Positions 1-7,222 of a DNA stretch of 28,476 nucleotides are shown piece after piece. The first letter of the stretch is position 1, and the number at the start of each line of letters is the position of its first letter. The position numbers and the translations under genes are program-made. The notes below the pieces were generated by a model. That model was not told where the DNA came from, did no database searches, and was given only the letters and a program-made list of their open reading frames with translations. Location: IMG/VR virus record IMGVR_UViG_3300037424_001003, positions 1 to 28,476 of that record; one strand, written 5' to 3'. Source of the stretch: a virus. Its lineage: Duplodnaviria > Caudoviricetes.

Positions 1-1
1 G

Positions 2-190
2 CTGTTTCGCGTGCACGATCTCAGGCATTCGTACGTGGTCCACATGTTGCGCAAGGGCGTCAACCCCGGCGACGTGGCCAGGCAGGCCGGACATTCCGAC
101 GTGGCGTTCACCATCCGGCGTTACGGCCGCGAGGCAGATGAGGAACGGCGACTCATGCACCTGGCTCATGCTCCTGGGGATGACGTGTGA
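2..190 (+). CDS. Tyrosine integrase, C-terminal fragment (5' part outside window)
   Basis: Frame 2 reads LFRVHDLRHSYVVHMLRKGVNPGDVARQAGHSDVAFTIRRYGRE...DV*. It has HxxR (HDLR), the GH motif and a catalytic Tyr with spacing typical of tyrosine recombinases, and lies next to a tRNA fragment. Confidence 0.9.
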   Translation: MFRVHDLRHSYVVHMLRKGVNPGDVARQAGHSDVAFTIRRYGREADEERRLMHLAHAPGDDV

Positions 191-193
191 AAT

Positions 194-222
194 TTGGCGT
201 TGCTTGAATGTCATGCTATACT
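194..222 (+). promoter_or_regulatory. Sigma70-type promoter pointing into the tRNA-Phe fragment
   Basis: TTGGCG(194-199)-17 nt-TATACT(217-222), with extended -10 TG at 214-215. Confidence 0.6.
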
Positions 223-234
223 CTCGCCACAATC

Positions 235-262
235 AAATAAAAAAGGACCGCCTACGCGGTCC
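235..262 (-). terminator. Hairpin, probable minus-strand intrinsic terminator
   Basis: GGACCGC-CTAC-GCGGTCC (245-262) preceded on + by an A-run, which is a U-tail on the minus strand. Confidence 0.5.
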
Positions 263-267
263 CCTTC

Positions 268-312
268 GCCGAGGTAGCTCAGTCTGGTAGAGCACTTGAC
301 TGAAAATCAAGG
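268..312 (+). tRNA. Truncated tRNA-Phe(GAA), 5' half only; probable att core
   Basis: GCCGAGGTAGCTCAGTCTGGTAGAGCA (acceptor 5' strand plus D arm), then anticodon arm CTTGA-CTGAAAA-TCAAG. No T arm (GTTC) or acceptor 3' strand follows. Confidence 0.85.
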
Positions 313-570
313 ACTCAACGAAGGGGGGCCGCTGTTTTTATTTGGTGGAGGGGCCAGCTTTCAACTACCGTGCCTCGCGTGCGACTCTGCGCGTGTTATT
401 GGTGCGCCACACCTGCATCGTGGTATCTGGCTGTTTAGTCTACTACCCTCCACCGGACATTGTGCCTGCCAGTGGGGGCTTGGTGGCCAGCCTAGCATAA
501 AAGCCCACTCGTTACCGCTGGCTCGGCAGGCTATTATCTATGGGCCCTGCCCATTGATACCTGAGTAAAG

Positions 571-927
571 ATGAAATCACGCTTTGTCATGCTCACCATT
601 CTCACCCTGGCCGCCGCGCTCGCCTGCGGCGGGACGCTCACGCCTGGGCCGGCGCCGCTTGCACCCGCGACGGTCATGCTCGCCACGCCGACGGTCATTC
701 CAGTGACGCCCACACGACCACCCACAGCGCCAGCTCTGCCGACCGAGCCGCGCGCAACGTCCACCTACACCGGCGCCTTCGATCCGTTCGGTGAGGACCG
801 CAATTGCACCGACTTTTCCTTCCAACACGAGGCGCAAGCGTTCTATGAGGCGGCCGGCGGGCCGGGGAGCGACCGGCATCACCTGGATGCCGACGGGAAT
901 GGGCGGGCGTGTGAAGATTTACCATAA
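571..927 (+). CDS. Lipoprotein with Excalibur calcium-binding domain (moron)
   Basis: Signal peptide with lipobox ALAC, Pro/Thr-rich linker, and C-terminal DRNCTDF...AQAFY...DRHHLDADGNGRACE motif. Confidence 0.85.
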   Translation: MKSRFVMLTILTLAAALACGGTLTPGPAPLAPATVMLATPTVIPVTPTRPPTAPALPTEPRATSTYTGAFDPFGEDRNCTDFSFQHEAQAFYEAAGGPGSDRHHLDADGNGRACEDLP

Positions 928-1050
928 TTAAGGCGGCTCCCGCCTGTGTACACAGGTGGTTGTTGTACGCCTCCTCTCCAGGTCTGCTAGGACGGGGGAG
1001 AGGGGCGGGTAATCCGTGTTTGGGCCATCGCGAGGTGGTCACAAGCACAA

Positions 1051-1096
1051 AAACGCAGAGGGCCTTCCCATTCCGGTGGGGAGGTCTTCTGCGTTT
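1051..1096. terminator. Hairpin between convergent genes, likely bidirectional terminator
   Basis: AAACGCAGAGGGCCTTCCCA ... TGGGGAGGTCTTCTGCGTTT imperfect inverted repeat with A/T-rich ends. Confidence 0.6.
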
Positions 1097-1343
1097 ATGC
1101 GACTTCCTGGTAGCGGACCCGCAGGAACGGGACCGGATCACCCTCGCTCACCCCGAAGTACGCGCACATTTTCGCCAGAACGTCGGCATCAAATCGCGCG
1201 GTATCGCCTCTTAGAAGCCCCGAAATTGTCTTCCGGTCGAGACCGGTTGCCTCGGCGACCTCTTCGACGGTGATGCGGCGGCCCTCATGCTGTTCCTTCT
1301 GAGACCACAATCCAAAAAGCTCGCTCTTGACCATGACCACCAT
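1095..1343 (-). CDS. XRE/Cro-CI family HTH repressor
   Basis: ITVEEVAEATGLDRKTISGLLRG...DVLAKMCAYFGV helix-turn-helix; RBS AAGGAGG; divergent from the early operon. Confidence 0.9.
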   Translation of the reverse strand: MVVMVKSELFGLWSQKEQHEGRRITVEEVAEATGLDRKTISGLLRGDTARFDADVLAKMCAYFGVSEGDPVPFLRVRYQEVA

Positions 1344-1379
1344 ACCCTCCTTGGATTGCTAACGCTGATAACTGCCCTC

Positions 1380-1408
1380 AGTATATTCGATTACACGTAC
1401 AAAGTCAA
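1380..1408 (-). promoter_or_regulatory. Leftward promoter for the repressor
   Basis: Minus strand TTGACT-17 nt-TATACT; the spacer contains operator-like ATTACACGTACA (1390-1401). Confidence 0.8.
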
Positions 1409-1472
1409 CCCCTTTGGGGTGCGTAATTGGCTACTATGCGGAAGTTTTAAGGTTGTAAGCGGTCAAAAAGGG

Positions 1473-1512
1473 TTGACAAATTACGTATAATCGGTTATAG
1501 TGTACGTGTAAT
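1473..1512 (+). promoter_or_regulatory. Rightward early promoter with operator-like site
   Basis: TTGACA(1473-1478)-17 nt-TATAGT(1496-1501). TGTACGTGTAAT (1501-1512) is the exact reverse complement of 1390-1401. Confidence 0.85.
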
Positions 1513-1539
1513 AGGACAGCACTCATAAAGGAGCCCCCG

Positions 1540-1725
1540 ATGATCTTCAAGCTAATGACGCAACTCATCCGAGGCCAAGAGCAGCAGACCGGCCAGCGGC
1601 CCGAGATGAAAGACTACAAAAAGGCGGCCGAATTTCTCGCCCGCCAGGACGTCGCCGGCAAGCTGGCCACCACCACCGAAGACGAGATCATGGCCGCGTA
1701 CCTGGCCAGCCTCACCGCAAAATAA
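1540..1725 (+). CDS. Small early protein, unknown function
   Basis: First ORF after the rightward promoter; RBS AAGGAG; 61 aa. Confidence 0.7.
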   Translation: MIFKLMTQLIRGQEQQTGQRPEMKDYKKAAEFLARQDVAGKLATTTEDEIMAAYLASLTAK

Positions 1726-1781
1726 AACCCGCCCCGAGGCTCACGACCTCGAGACGGGCAAAACAGAAGGAGCGTACCTGA

Positions 1782-2477
1782 ATGATCACATCATACTTTC
1801 ATCAGCAGGAAATGGCAAACGAGTGCGCAGAAGCCTCCGACCGCGCGCACCAGCTTGACGAGCTGGCCCAGGCGCCCGGCGCGCTCGATCACGAGTTTTG
1901 GGTAGCCGTGATGACCGAGGCCATCGAGACCGTCAAGGGAAACGCCGATCCCGAGCTGTGGCCGGACGGCGCGGAGCTCGCCATCGGCGGCGGCGCGGTG
2001 ATCCGCCAGGCCGAGACCATGCCCGGAGAGGATCGCCTGGTGCTGGCCATCACGCACGGCGCGATCACGAGCACGCTGGCCACCGTCGGCCAGTACAACG
2101 AGCGGACCGGGTGCTACACCTGGGTTCGCGATTGGCAGGCTTACGGCCACCAGGTGCGCGCCTTCAGGCGCACGCTTCGGACGCGCGAAGCGGCGCTGTG
2201 GGCGGCCTACCGCCAGGCGCAAGCGGCGCTGCCCGAGGCGGTCAACGGCCGCTTGGAGCGCGCTCTGTGTCTGGTCAAGGCCGGCGCGGTGCAACTGGAC
2301 GGCGCCGAGGCGACGGTGCGCAGCCAGACGAGGCCGGGCCACACGTACCACGTCAACGGCCGCTGCAACTGCGGCGACGCGCAGAACGGCGCGCCGAAGG
2401 TGAACGGGCGGCCGGCCTGCAAGCATCAGATCGCTTGCTGGTTGGAGCGCAAGGTGGCGGCGGAAGTAAGCCGATAG
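1782..2477 (+). CDS. SWIM zinc-finger domain protein
   Basis: C-terminal V.SQ....TYHV..RCNC...CKHQIA (CxC-xn-CxH); RBS AAGGAG. Confidence 0.8.
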   Translation: MITSYFHQQEMANECAEASDRAHQLDELAQAPGALDHEFWVAVMTEAIETVKGNADPELWPDGAELAIGGGAVIRQAETMPGEDRLVLAITHGAITSTLATVGQYNERTGCYTWVRDWQAYGHQVRAFRRTLRTREAALWAAYRQAQAALPEAVNGRLERALCLVKAGAVQLDGAEATVRSQTRPGHTYHVNGRCNCGDAQNGAPKVNGRPACKHQIACWLERKVAAEVSR

Positions 2478-2519
2478 CCCTAAAATAGTAGCACTCATTA
2501 AATTGCCAGGAGATAGACG

Positions 2520-2942
2520 ATGAAAGCCAAGATTGAAACCATCAGCCCCCTCGGATTTGCAGTGACCTTCGAGACCCCCGAGCATGAGAAGGTCGCCGAC
2601 CTGGTGACCTTCCTGCCTCAGATGGAAGCGGCCCTGGTCAAGAAGGGCTACCGGCCCACCTCGCAAGACGAATCGCCCGATTTCCGCTACGCGCTGGCCG
2701 AGTACGCCGGCTTCGACTGGGGCAAGCTCGGGGCGGTCGTGAAGGCGCAAGACCGCCAGGGCGTGACGGTCGTCGAATGGGGCGGGCGCATCTGGCAGAG
2801 GCGCAGCGGCGCCGGCAAGTTCGGCAAGGCGGTATGGTTCTCCAGGGCCACCGGGCAGGATGAAAACGGGACGTTGTACGCGCGGCTGGTGACGTTCAAG
2901 GATTACACCGAGCCGGAAGAAGTCCCGTTCAACGTCGAGTAG
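2520..2942 (+). CDS. DdrB-like single-stranded DNA-binding/annealing protein
   Basis: Motifs recall Deinococcus DdrB from memory: N-terminal IETISPLGFAVT, YAGFDWGKLGA, WGGRIWQRR, AVWFSRA, YARLVTFK; acidic EEVPF tail. Confidence 0.7.
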   Translation: MKAKIETISPLGFAVTFETPEHEKVADLVTFLPQMEAALVKKGYRPTSQDESPDFRYALAEYAGFDWGKLGAVVKAQDRQGVTVVEWGGRIWQRRSGAGKFGKAVWFSRATGQDENGTLYARLVTFKDYTEPEEVPFNVE

Positions 2943-3021
2943 GGTGTTGGCGCCGCGTCCCTTCGAGCCATTCGGCGACCGGGGGCCGGCCCGCGCGGCC
3001 CCCTCCATAGGAGAGACGAGC

Positions 3022-3327
3022 ATGAGTAAGAAAACAAAAAAGCTGTCCAGCCAGGCGTATATTCAGCCCGATGGCTCTCTATACCTGGAGGGAAACAACG
3101 GCGGGGATTACATCCAGATCACACCCTTGCCTGATGGCCGTATCCACCTGGAGATAGGCCATTGCTGTGTGAAATTGGTCAATCATATAGTCCCCGTTGA
3201 GTTTTTGACTGGCGTTTTGGGCAGCCAGTTGGTCACTACGCGAGTCGAAATATTGATGTGGCTGGCTGATTGGCCGACAGATTTTGTTCACTCACTGGCT
3301 AAGCAGATTGAGCCCTGGAAGGGATAA
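3022..3327 (+). CDS. Hypothetical protein
   Basis: ATG 3022 after GGAG within the track ORF 2944..3327. Confidence 0.65.
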   Translation: MSKKTKKLSSQAYIQPDGSLYLEGNNGGDYIQITPLPDGRIHLEIGHCCVKLVNHIVPVEFLTGVLGSQLVTTRVEILMWLADWPTDFVHSLAKQIEPWKG

Positions 3328-3339
3328 GGGATTTTGAGC

Positions 3340-3669
3340 ATGTACTACGGCCTATCCCCCGAAGCCGCCAAAGCAGTCGCCGCCGGCCGCGCCCGGGCCG
3401 CGCTGCGAGCGATGGACCTGAGCCCACGCCTGGCCAGGACCGCGACACTGGCCGTCATCCTGCGGCCAGTGTACGGCGGCAAGCGGCACCAGGTCACCGT
3501 CGCGGCGTGGATCCGCGCGAACCTGCCCGCCTTTCGCTTCAACGCGAAGGAGAACCGATGGGAAGCGCCGATCGACGCGCTGGTGGCCGCGGTGGCGGCA
3601 TTCGAGGCGAAGGGTCTCCCGGCGGGGAACGTGAGCGCCGGGGTTAGGAAGTTTTTGGAGGGGAAATAA
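3340..3669 (+). CDS. Hypothetical protein
   Basis: In operon; FRFNAKENRWEAP motif resembles small phage DNA-associated domains; start uncertain (3334 or 3340). Confidence 0.6.
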   Translation: MYYGLSPEAAKAVAAGRARAALRAMDLSPRLARTATLAVILRPVYGGKRHQVTVAAWIRANLPAFRFNAKENRWEAPIDALVAAVAAFEAKGLPAGNVSAGVRKFLEGK

Positions 3670-3909
3670 ATGGACATTCTAGCCTACATCGCCGATCAAC
3701 TGGACATAGTGAAGCGCACGCCCTGCGAATGTGGGCACATCCGCGAATGGCATCTACAGCGCGGCGGTTGTTGCTACGTGGTAGAGCAAGATACGTTTTG
3801 TAAGTGTGAGGAGTTTCGGCCACTAGAGCAATGCTGGAATTGCGGCGCGTGGGTATCAGCCTCGCGGGACAGGTGCCCGGCGTGCGACGTGCAAGAGCCG
3901 CCCTTCTAG
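3670..3909 (+). CDS. Cys-rich zinc-ribbon protein
   Basis: CECGH, CKC, CWNC and CPAC motifs; RBS GGAGG; abuts the upstream stop. Confidence 0.7.
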   Translation: MDILAYIADQLDIVKRTPCECGHIREWHLQRGGCCYVVEQDTFCKCEEFRPLEQCWNCGAWVSASRDRCPACDVQEPPF

Positions 3910-4001
3910 AAACGAACGGCCCCCCTGCAACCCGCAAAAGTCTCAGGGGGGCCTCTTTCGGCGGCACAAGCCGCCTACAACCTCAAGGAGACCAGTGTAC
4001 C

Positions 4002-4229
4002 ATGACAGTAACAAAGACATAAAAGAAGCACCCCAACGCGCAAGACTTTTCTCAGGCATTCACCCTGTTGGCCGCCCTGGGCGGCCCGCGCCGGCCGGTG
4101 ACCGAGCCAGGCGACTGCCCCGGCTATGGGGAGGAGCTGCCCGAGAGCTGGGTTTGCCAGAATAGGTGTCCGCTGGCGGCGCCGTGTTTCGCGGCGCTCG
4201 CAGCCAAGGGAGACGAGCATGACCGCTGA
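4002..4229 (+). pseudogene. Small 4-Cys protein gene interrupted by in-frame TAA at codon 7
   Basis: AAGGAG RBS, then MTVTKT*KKHPNAQDFSQAFTLLAALGG...DCPGYGEELPESWVCQNRCPLAAPCFAALAAKGDEHDR*. The frame ends overlapping the next ATG (4219). Confidence 0.55.
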
Positions 4230-4443
4230 GCAGAAAACGCGCTACGACGTGTATAACGAAACGCGCCGCCTCTTCCTGGCCGGCGAGATCGACAGCGCGC
4301 AAGCGCTCTCCGCGCTGCTGGTGGGCGGGTGGTCAGCAGAGGAGGCCGGGATTGCGGTGTCGAGCTGGCGCACGCTCTCGACGCTGCCCGGCTTGCGGGA
4401 ACGGCTGGCCGCCGCGCGGGCACTCAAGGTCTCGGGATACTGA
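4219..4443 (+). CDS. Hypothetical protein
   Basis: ATG after GGGAG; MTAEQKTRYDVYNETRRLFLAGEID... Confidence 0.65.
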   Translation: MTAEQKTRYDVYNETRRLFLAGEIDSAQALSALLVGGWSAEEAGIAVSSWRTLSTLPGLRERLAAARALKVSGY

Positions 4444-4482
4444 GGACAGGCGAGTCCGGATATCGCCGGCCGGCTGTCACCA
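4441..4482. repeat. TGGTGACA-N26-TGTCACCA family copy 1 (left arm degenerate, TGAGGACA)
   Basis: 42 bp; overlaps a stop codon; ends GGCCGGCTGTCACCA like copies 6 (reversed) and 7. Confidence 0.65.
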
Positions 4483-4540
4483 CGGCCCGCGCGGCGACCG
4501 GAGGGAGGCCGGGGCGGGCCACAATCATCAGGAGGGAAGC

Positions 4541-4819
4541 ATGAACGTCACCAAGGTTAACAACATTGACCTACTAGACCTGGCTATGTCGGACGTGCCC
4601 GACGCCGGGCGCTACTACGCCGAGATAGCGCGCCGCCTGGCCGCCGCCGAGTGGCTGGCCGCCAGCGTGATAGACCTGCTGCATGAAGCGGCGGGATATG
4701 ACGCCTCGTGGAGCGTTCCCCAATTCCTGGCAGATGAGCCGGCAGTGATTGCGCTAAGACGCGCCCTGGCCGAGTGGCAGGCGCTAGATGAGCAAGCGAA
4801 GGGAGGTGATCCGGCATGA
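4541..4819 (+). CDS. Hypothetical protein
   Basis: ATG after AGGAGG; MNVTKVNNIDLLDLA... Confidence 0.7.
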   Translation: MNVTKVNNIDLLDLAMSDVPDAGRYYAEIARRLAAAEWLAASVIDLLHEAAGYDASWSVPQFLADEPAVIALRRALAEWQALDEQAKGGDPA

Positions 4820-4952
4820 AGCTGATTTGGGACGACGGCGATTAGTAGATTGAAACAGCGAACCCACATTGCAGGCCCGCACCTGCCTGCCCTGCCGGAG
4901 GCACGCAGGCCAGGGCGGCGCAGGCCCAGGTGTGCGGTTTCGCTCTTTTTGG

Positions 4953-4984
4953 GTAGTTACGGAAAGCGGTATTTCCGCAAGTAC
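4953..4984. promoter_or_regulatory. 13-6-13 inverted repeat, dif-like recombination or autoregulatory site
   Basis: GTAGTTACGGAAA-GCGGTA-TTTCCGCAAGTAC, arms 11/13 complementary, 21 nt upstream of the recombinase ATG. Confidence 0.65.
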
Positions 4985-5005
4985 TCCTTTCAGTCGGGGA
5001 ACGCA

Positions 5006-5938
5006 ATGCTCGCACTGCTTAAGACGGATGGTCTGCCGGACCCGCTGGCCTTGATCGAACAGGCGGCGCTCAGCTCTTCCACCAAAGCCAAATACCTGAG
5101 CGTGCTGCGCGCTTACCTCGACCGAGGTGGCGATCTGGCCGATCCGCTGGCCCTGGCCGCCTACGCATCAAAGCAAACGCCCGGCCACCGGCGCATGCTG
5201 AAAGCCGCCGTCGGCAAGTGGGCCGACCGGCTGGCCATGGTCGTGCGCAGTTCTGCCACGCCCGAAACAATAGCCGCCGTGGACGCCACCCTGCACCGCC
5301 TGGCGGCCCTCAAGGATAGCTTCGAGGCGCACAAATCCCGAGGCGTCAAATCGCACACCTGGCTGTCGGCGCGCCAGGTGCGCAAGCTGTTGACCCTGGT
5401 CCCGACCGGCATCGAGGGCGACCGCGACCGGGCCGCCTTAGGGCTCTTGGTGGCGGCCGGTCTGCGGCGTGAGGAGGCGGTCAGCATCACCTTCGAGGAC
5501 CTGAGCTATAAGCCGTACGGCGACAAGATGCGCGCCGTGCTGGTGGTCAAGGGCAAGGGCTCAAAGACGCGCGAGGTGCCCATCTCCGATACCCTGGCCG
5601 GCCACCTGGACGCCTGGGGGCGCCACGTGGGCACAAGAGGCAAGATCGTGCGCTCGCTTTCCCGCGCGGCGACCCCCGTAGGGGAGAGAGCCATTGGCGC
5701 GAGCATGAGCGCCGTGGGCCTCTTCCAACTGGTGCAGCGCTACGGCAAAGGGATCGGCAAGCCCGAGCTTGCCCCGCACGACCTGCGCCGCACCTACGCG
5801 CAGCTCGGCTTCGAGGCCGGCGTGCCCATCACGCAGATCTCACGCCTCTTGGGCCACGCCAGCATCGCAACCACCCAGGCGTACCTAAACCTGGAGCTGG
5901 ACCTGGCAGCCACGGCCAGCGACTTTATTCCGTGGTGA
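5006..5938 (+). CDS. XerC/D-like tyrosine recombinase (second recombinase)
   Basis: RDRAALGLLVAAGLRREE, VKGKGSKTREVP, HDLRRTYA, LLGHASIATTQAY: the full R-K-H-R-H-Y set. The likely start is ATG 5006 rather than 4850. Confidence 0.93.
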   Translation: MLALLKTDGLPDPLALIEQAALSSSTKAKYLSVLRAYLDRGGDLADPLALAAYASKQTPGHRRMLKAAVGKWADRLAMVVRSSATPETIAAVDATLHRLAALKDSFEAHKSRGVKSHTWLSARQVRKLLTLVPTGIEGDRDRAALGLLVAAGLRREEAVSITFEDLSYKPYGDKMRAVLVVKGKGSKTREVPISDTLAGHLDAWGRHVGTRGKIVRSLSRAATPVGERAIGASMSAVGLFQLVQRYGKGIGKPELAPHDLRRTYAQLGFEAGVPITQISRLLGHASIATTQAYLNLELDLAATASDFIPW

Positions 5939-5974
5939 CACCCGGTCGCCGGCCGGCCGCTCGTTGTGTCACCA
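5933..5974. repeat. TGGTGACA-N26-TGTCACCA family copy 2
   Basis: Perfect arms, 42 bp; overlaps the recombinase stop codon. Confidence 0.85.
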
Positions 5975-6005
5975 TTCCCCCGTGGTGGCTAGTACCCCTG
6001 CCATA

Positions 6006-6036
6006 TTGACAATTACCCCTTTTATGTTAGTATAAT
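6006..6036 (+). promoter_or_regulatory. Probable late-operon promoter
   Basis: TTGACA(6006-6011) with TATAAT(6031-6036; 19 nt spacer) or TG-n-TAGTAT(6028-6033; 16 nt spacer) in an AT-rich island. Confidence 0.7.
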
Positions 6037-6041
6037 AAGGC

Positions 6042-6143
6042 ATGGACGATAATGCTGATCTGCGAGAGTTCATGCTCATCCTCCACCGGGCGCTTCTCAT
6101 GATCGTCCGGTGGATCGAGAAGCGTTACCAAATCAATACGTAG
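6042..6143 (+). CDS. 33-aa leader ORF (possibly leaderless)
   Basis: MDDNADLREFMLILHRALLMIVRWIEKRYQINT*; the ATG lies 5 nt after TATAAT; below the ORF-track cutoff. Confidence 0.55.
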   Translation: MDDNADLREFMLILHRALLMIVRWIEKRYQINT

Positions 6144-6264
6144 GGTCGCATTCCCCGCTGGGAGCCGCGCGCACGTAAGCGCCCCGCTCCCCGGCGAAGT
6201 CCCTTCGAGCCGTCGGGACTTCGCCGACAGGAATCCCGCCCGCCAAATTGAGGCCGCGCAGAGT

Positions 6265-6294
6265 GCCCCGCCTCGAGAGGCGGGCTTTTTTATT
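6265..6294 (+). terminator. Intrinsic terminator in the late leader
   Basis: CCCGCCT-CGAG-AGGCGGG-C-TTTTTTATT. Confidence 0.8.
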
Positions 6295-6336
6295 GCCCAT
6301 AGGGGGCCTAAGAAGGCTCTTAAGGAGGCCATCATT

Positions 6337-6642
6337 ATGAGTTGGGGCGATTTTCTGAGATACGCGGCGTCGCCGGGGATCGCCGTGATCGTCGGCGTCG
6401 TGATCTCCGTCGGCGTCGAATACTGGCCGGCCTACGACCAGCTCCTTCCCAAGTGGAAGCGGCTGGTATTTTTTGGCTTATCGCTGGCGGTCCCGCTCAT
6501 GGCCACGGCGCTGGCGGTGGCCACCGGCGAATGGGGCGCGTGGGCAGATCTGCGCGGCACCTGGTGGCCGGCCCTGGTGGCCGGCTTCGTCGCCGGCGGG
6601 ACCGGTACGCTGTATCATACGCGGCGGCTCAATCGCTTCTAA
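6337..6642 (+). CDS. Holin-like membrane protein
   Basis: 101 aa, three hydrophobic segments, basic C-terminus; RBS TAAGGAGG. Confidence 0.6.
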   Translation: MSWGDFLRYAASPGIAVIVGVVISVGVEYWPAYDQLLPKWKRLVFFGLSLAVPLMATALAVATGEWGAWADLRGTWWPALVAGFVAGGTGTLYHTRRLNRF

Positions 6643-6715
6643 CGCCACATCTCCCCTCCTTTGTTAGCCCCCATCGGCCTGTTCCCCCAGCGGGCGATGG
6701 GGGTAAAGGAGTTAA

Positions 6716-7222
6716 ATGACATTTGCTGATGCTCTGCGTGAATATGGGCTTTTGGTAGCTGTGGCGCTCACGTCGATTTCCAGTGTATGGGCGACGTTCA
6801 GGCTCATTTTGCCGCGCCTGGTAGAGAATTATATCGAGCGTGAAAAGGCGAAAGCTACCCAGGAGGCGAGCGACCGGGCCGCCCGGCGCGAACTGCAAAC
6901 CGAGCTGGTCTTGAGTGAGCGAGATGACGAAAAGGCGGTTATCTCCCAGGTGGTCAACCTACAAGCGCAGCTCGTCAAACAGAATGACACCTTGATCGCG
7001 TTTGTGATCAAGGACGCGGCTGAGGAATTCAAGAAGCTGCATACCGAATTGCAAGACATCGAAGCGCGCTGGTTGACCGCCAGCCGCGAGCTGGCCGACG
7101 GCAAAGCTAGGCAACACATCACCGGCATGGAAGTGGCCCGCCTGGCTGACAACTATAAATCACTCGAAGAGCGGATCGTCTTATTAGTGGCTTTTGGTGT
7201 CGAAGGGACAGAGAAACATTGA
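6716..7222 (+). CDS. Membrane-anchored coiled-coil protein (lysis-associated?)
   Basis: N-terminal TM helix followed by a long helical charged region; RBS AAGGAG. Confidence 0.6.
   Translation: MTFADALREYGLLVAVALTSISSVWATFRLILPRLVENYIEREKAKATQEASDRAARRELQTELVLSERDDEKAVISQVVNLQAQLVKQNDTLIAFVIKDAAEEFKKLHTELQDIEARWLTASRELADGKARQHITGMEVARLADNYKSLEERIVLLVAFGVEGTEKH

Noticed and set aside
268-345. Complete tRNA-Phe gene
   Set aside because: No T arm or acceptor 3' strand follows the anticodon arm; only a fragment is supported.
296-568. 90-aa ORF in the track
   Set aside because: It starts inside the tRNA fragment, has no RBS and shows no protein-like features.
1390-1512. Deinococcus RDRM (DdrO box) upstream of the ddrB-like operon
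   Set aside because: The operator-like sequences do not fit the 17-bp RDRM palindrome as I recall it.
1791-3023. 410-aa minus-strand ORF (and similar long antisense ORFs at 12692, 14989, 19440, 25278, 26917)
   Set aside because: These are shadows of well-supported genes on the opposite strand, as expected in GC-rich DNA.
4850-5005. N-terminal extension of the recombinase in the ORF track
   Set aside because: It is low-complexity and spans the inverted-repeat site; ATG 5006 is the more plausible start.
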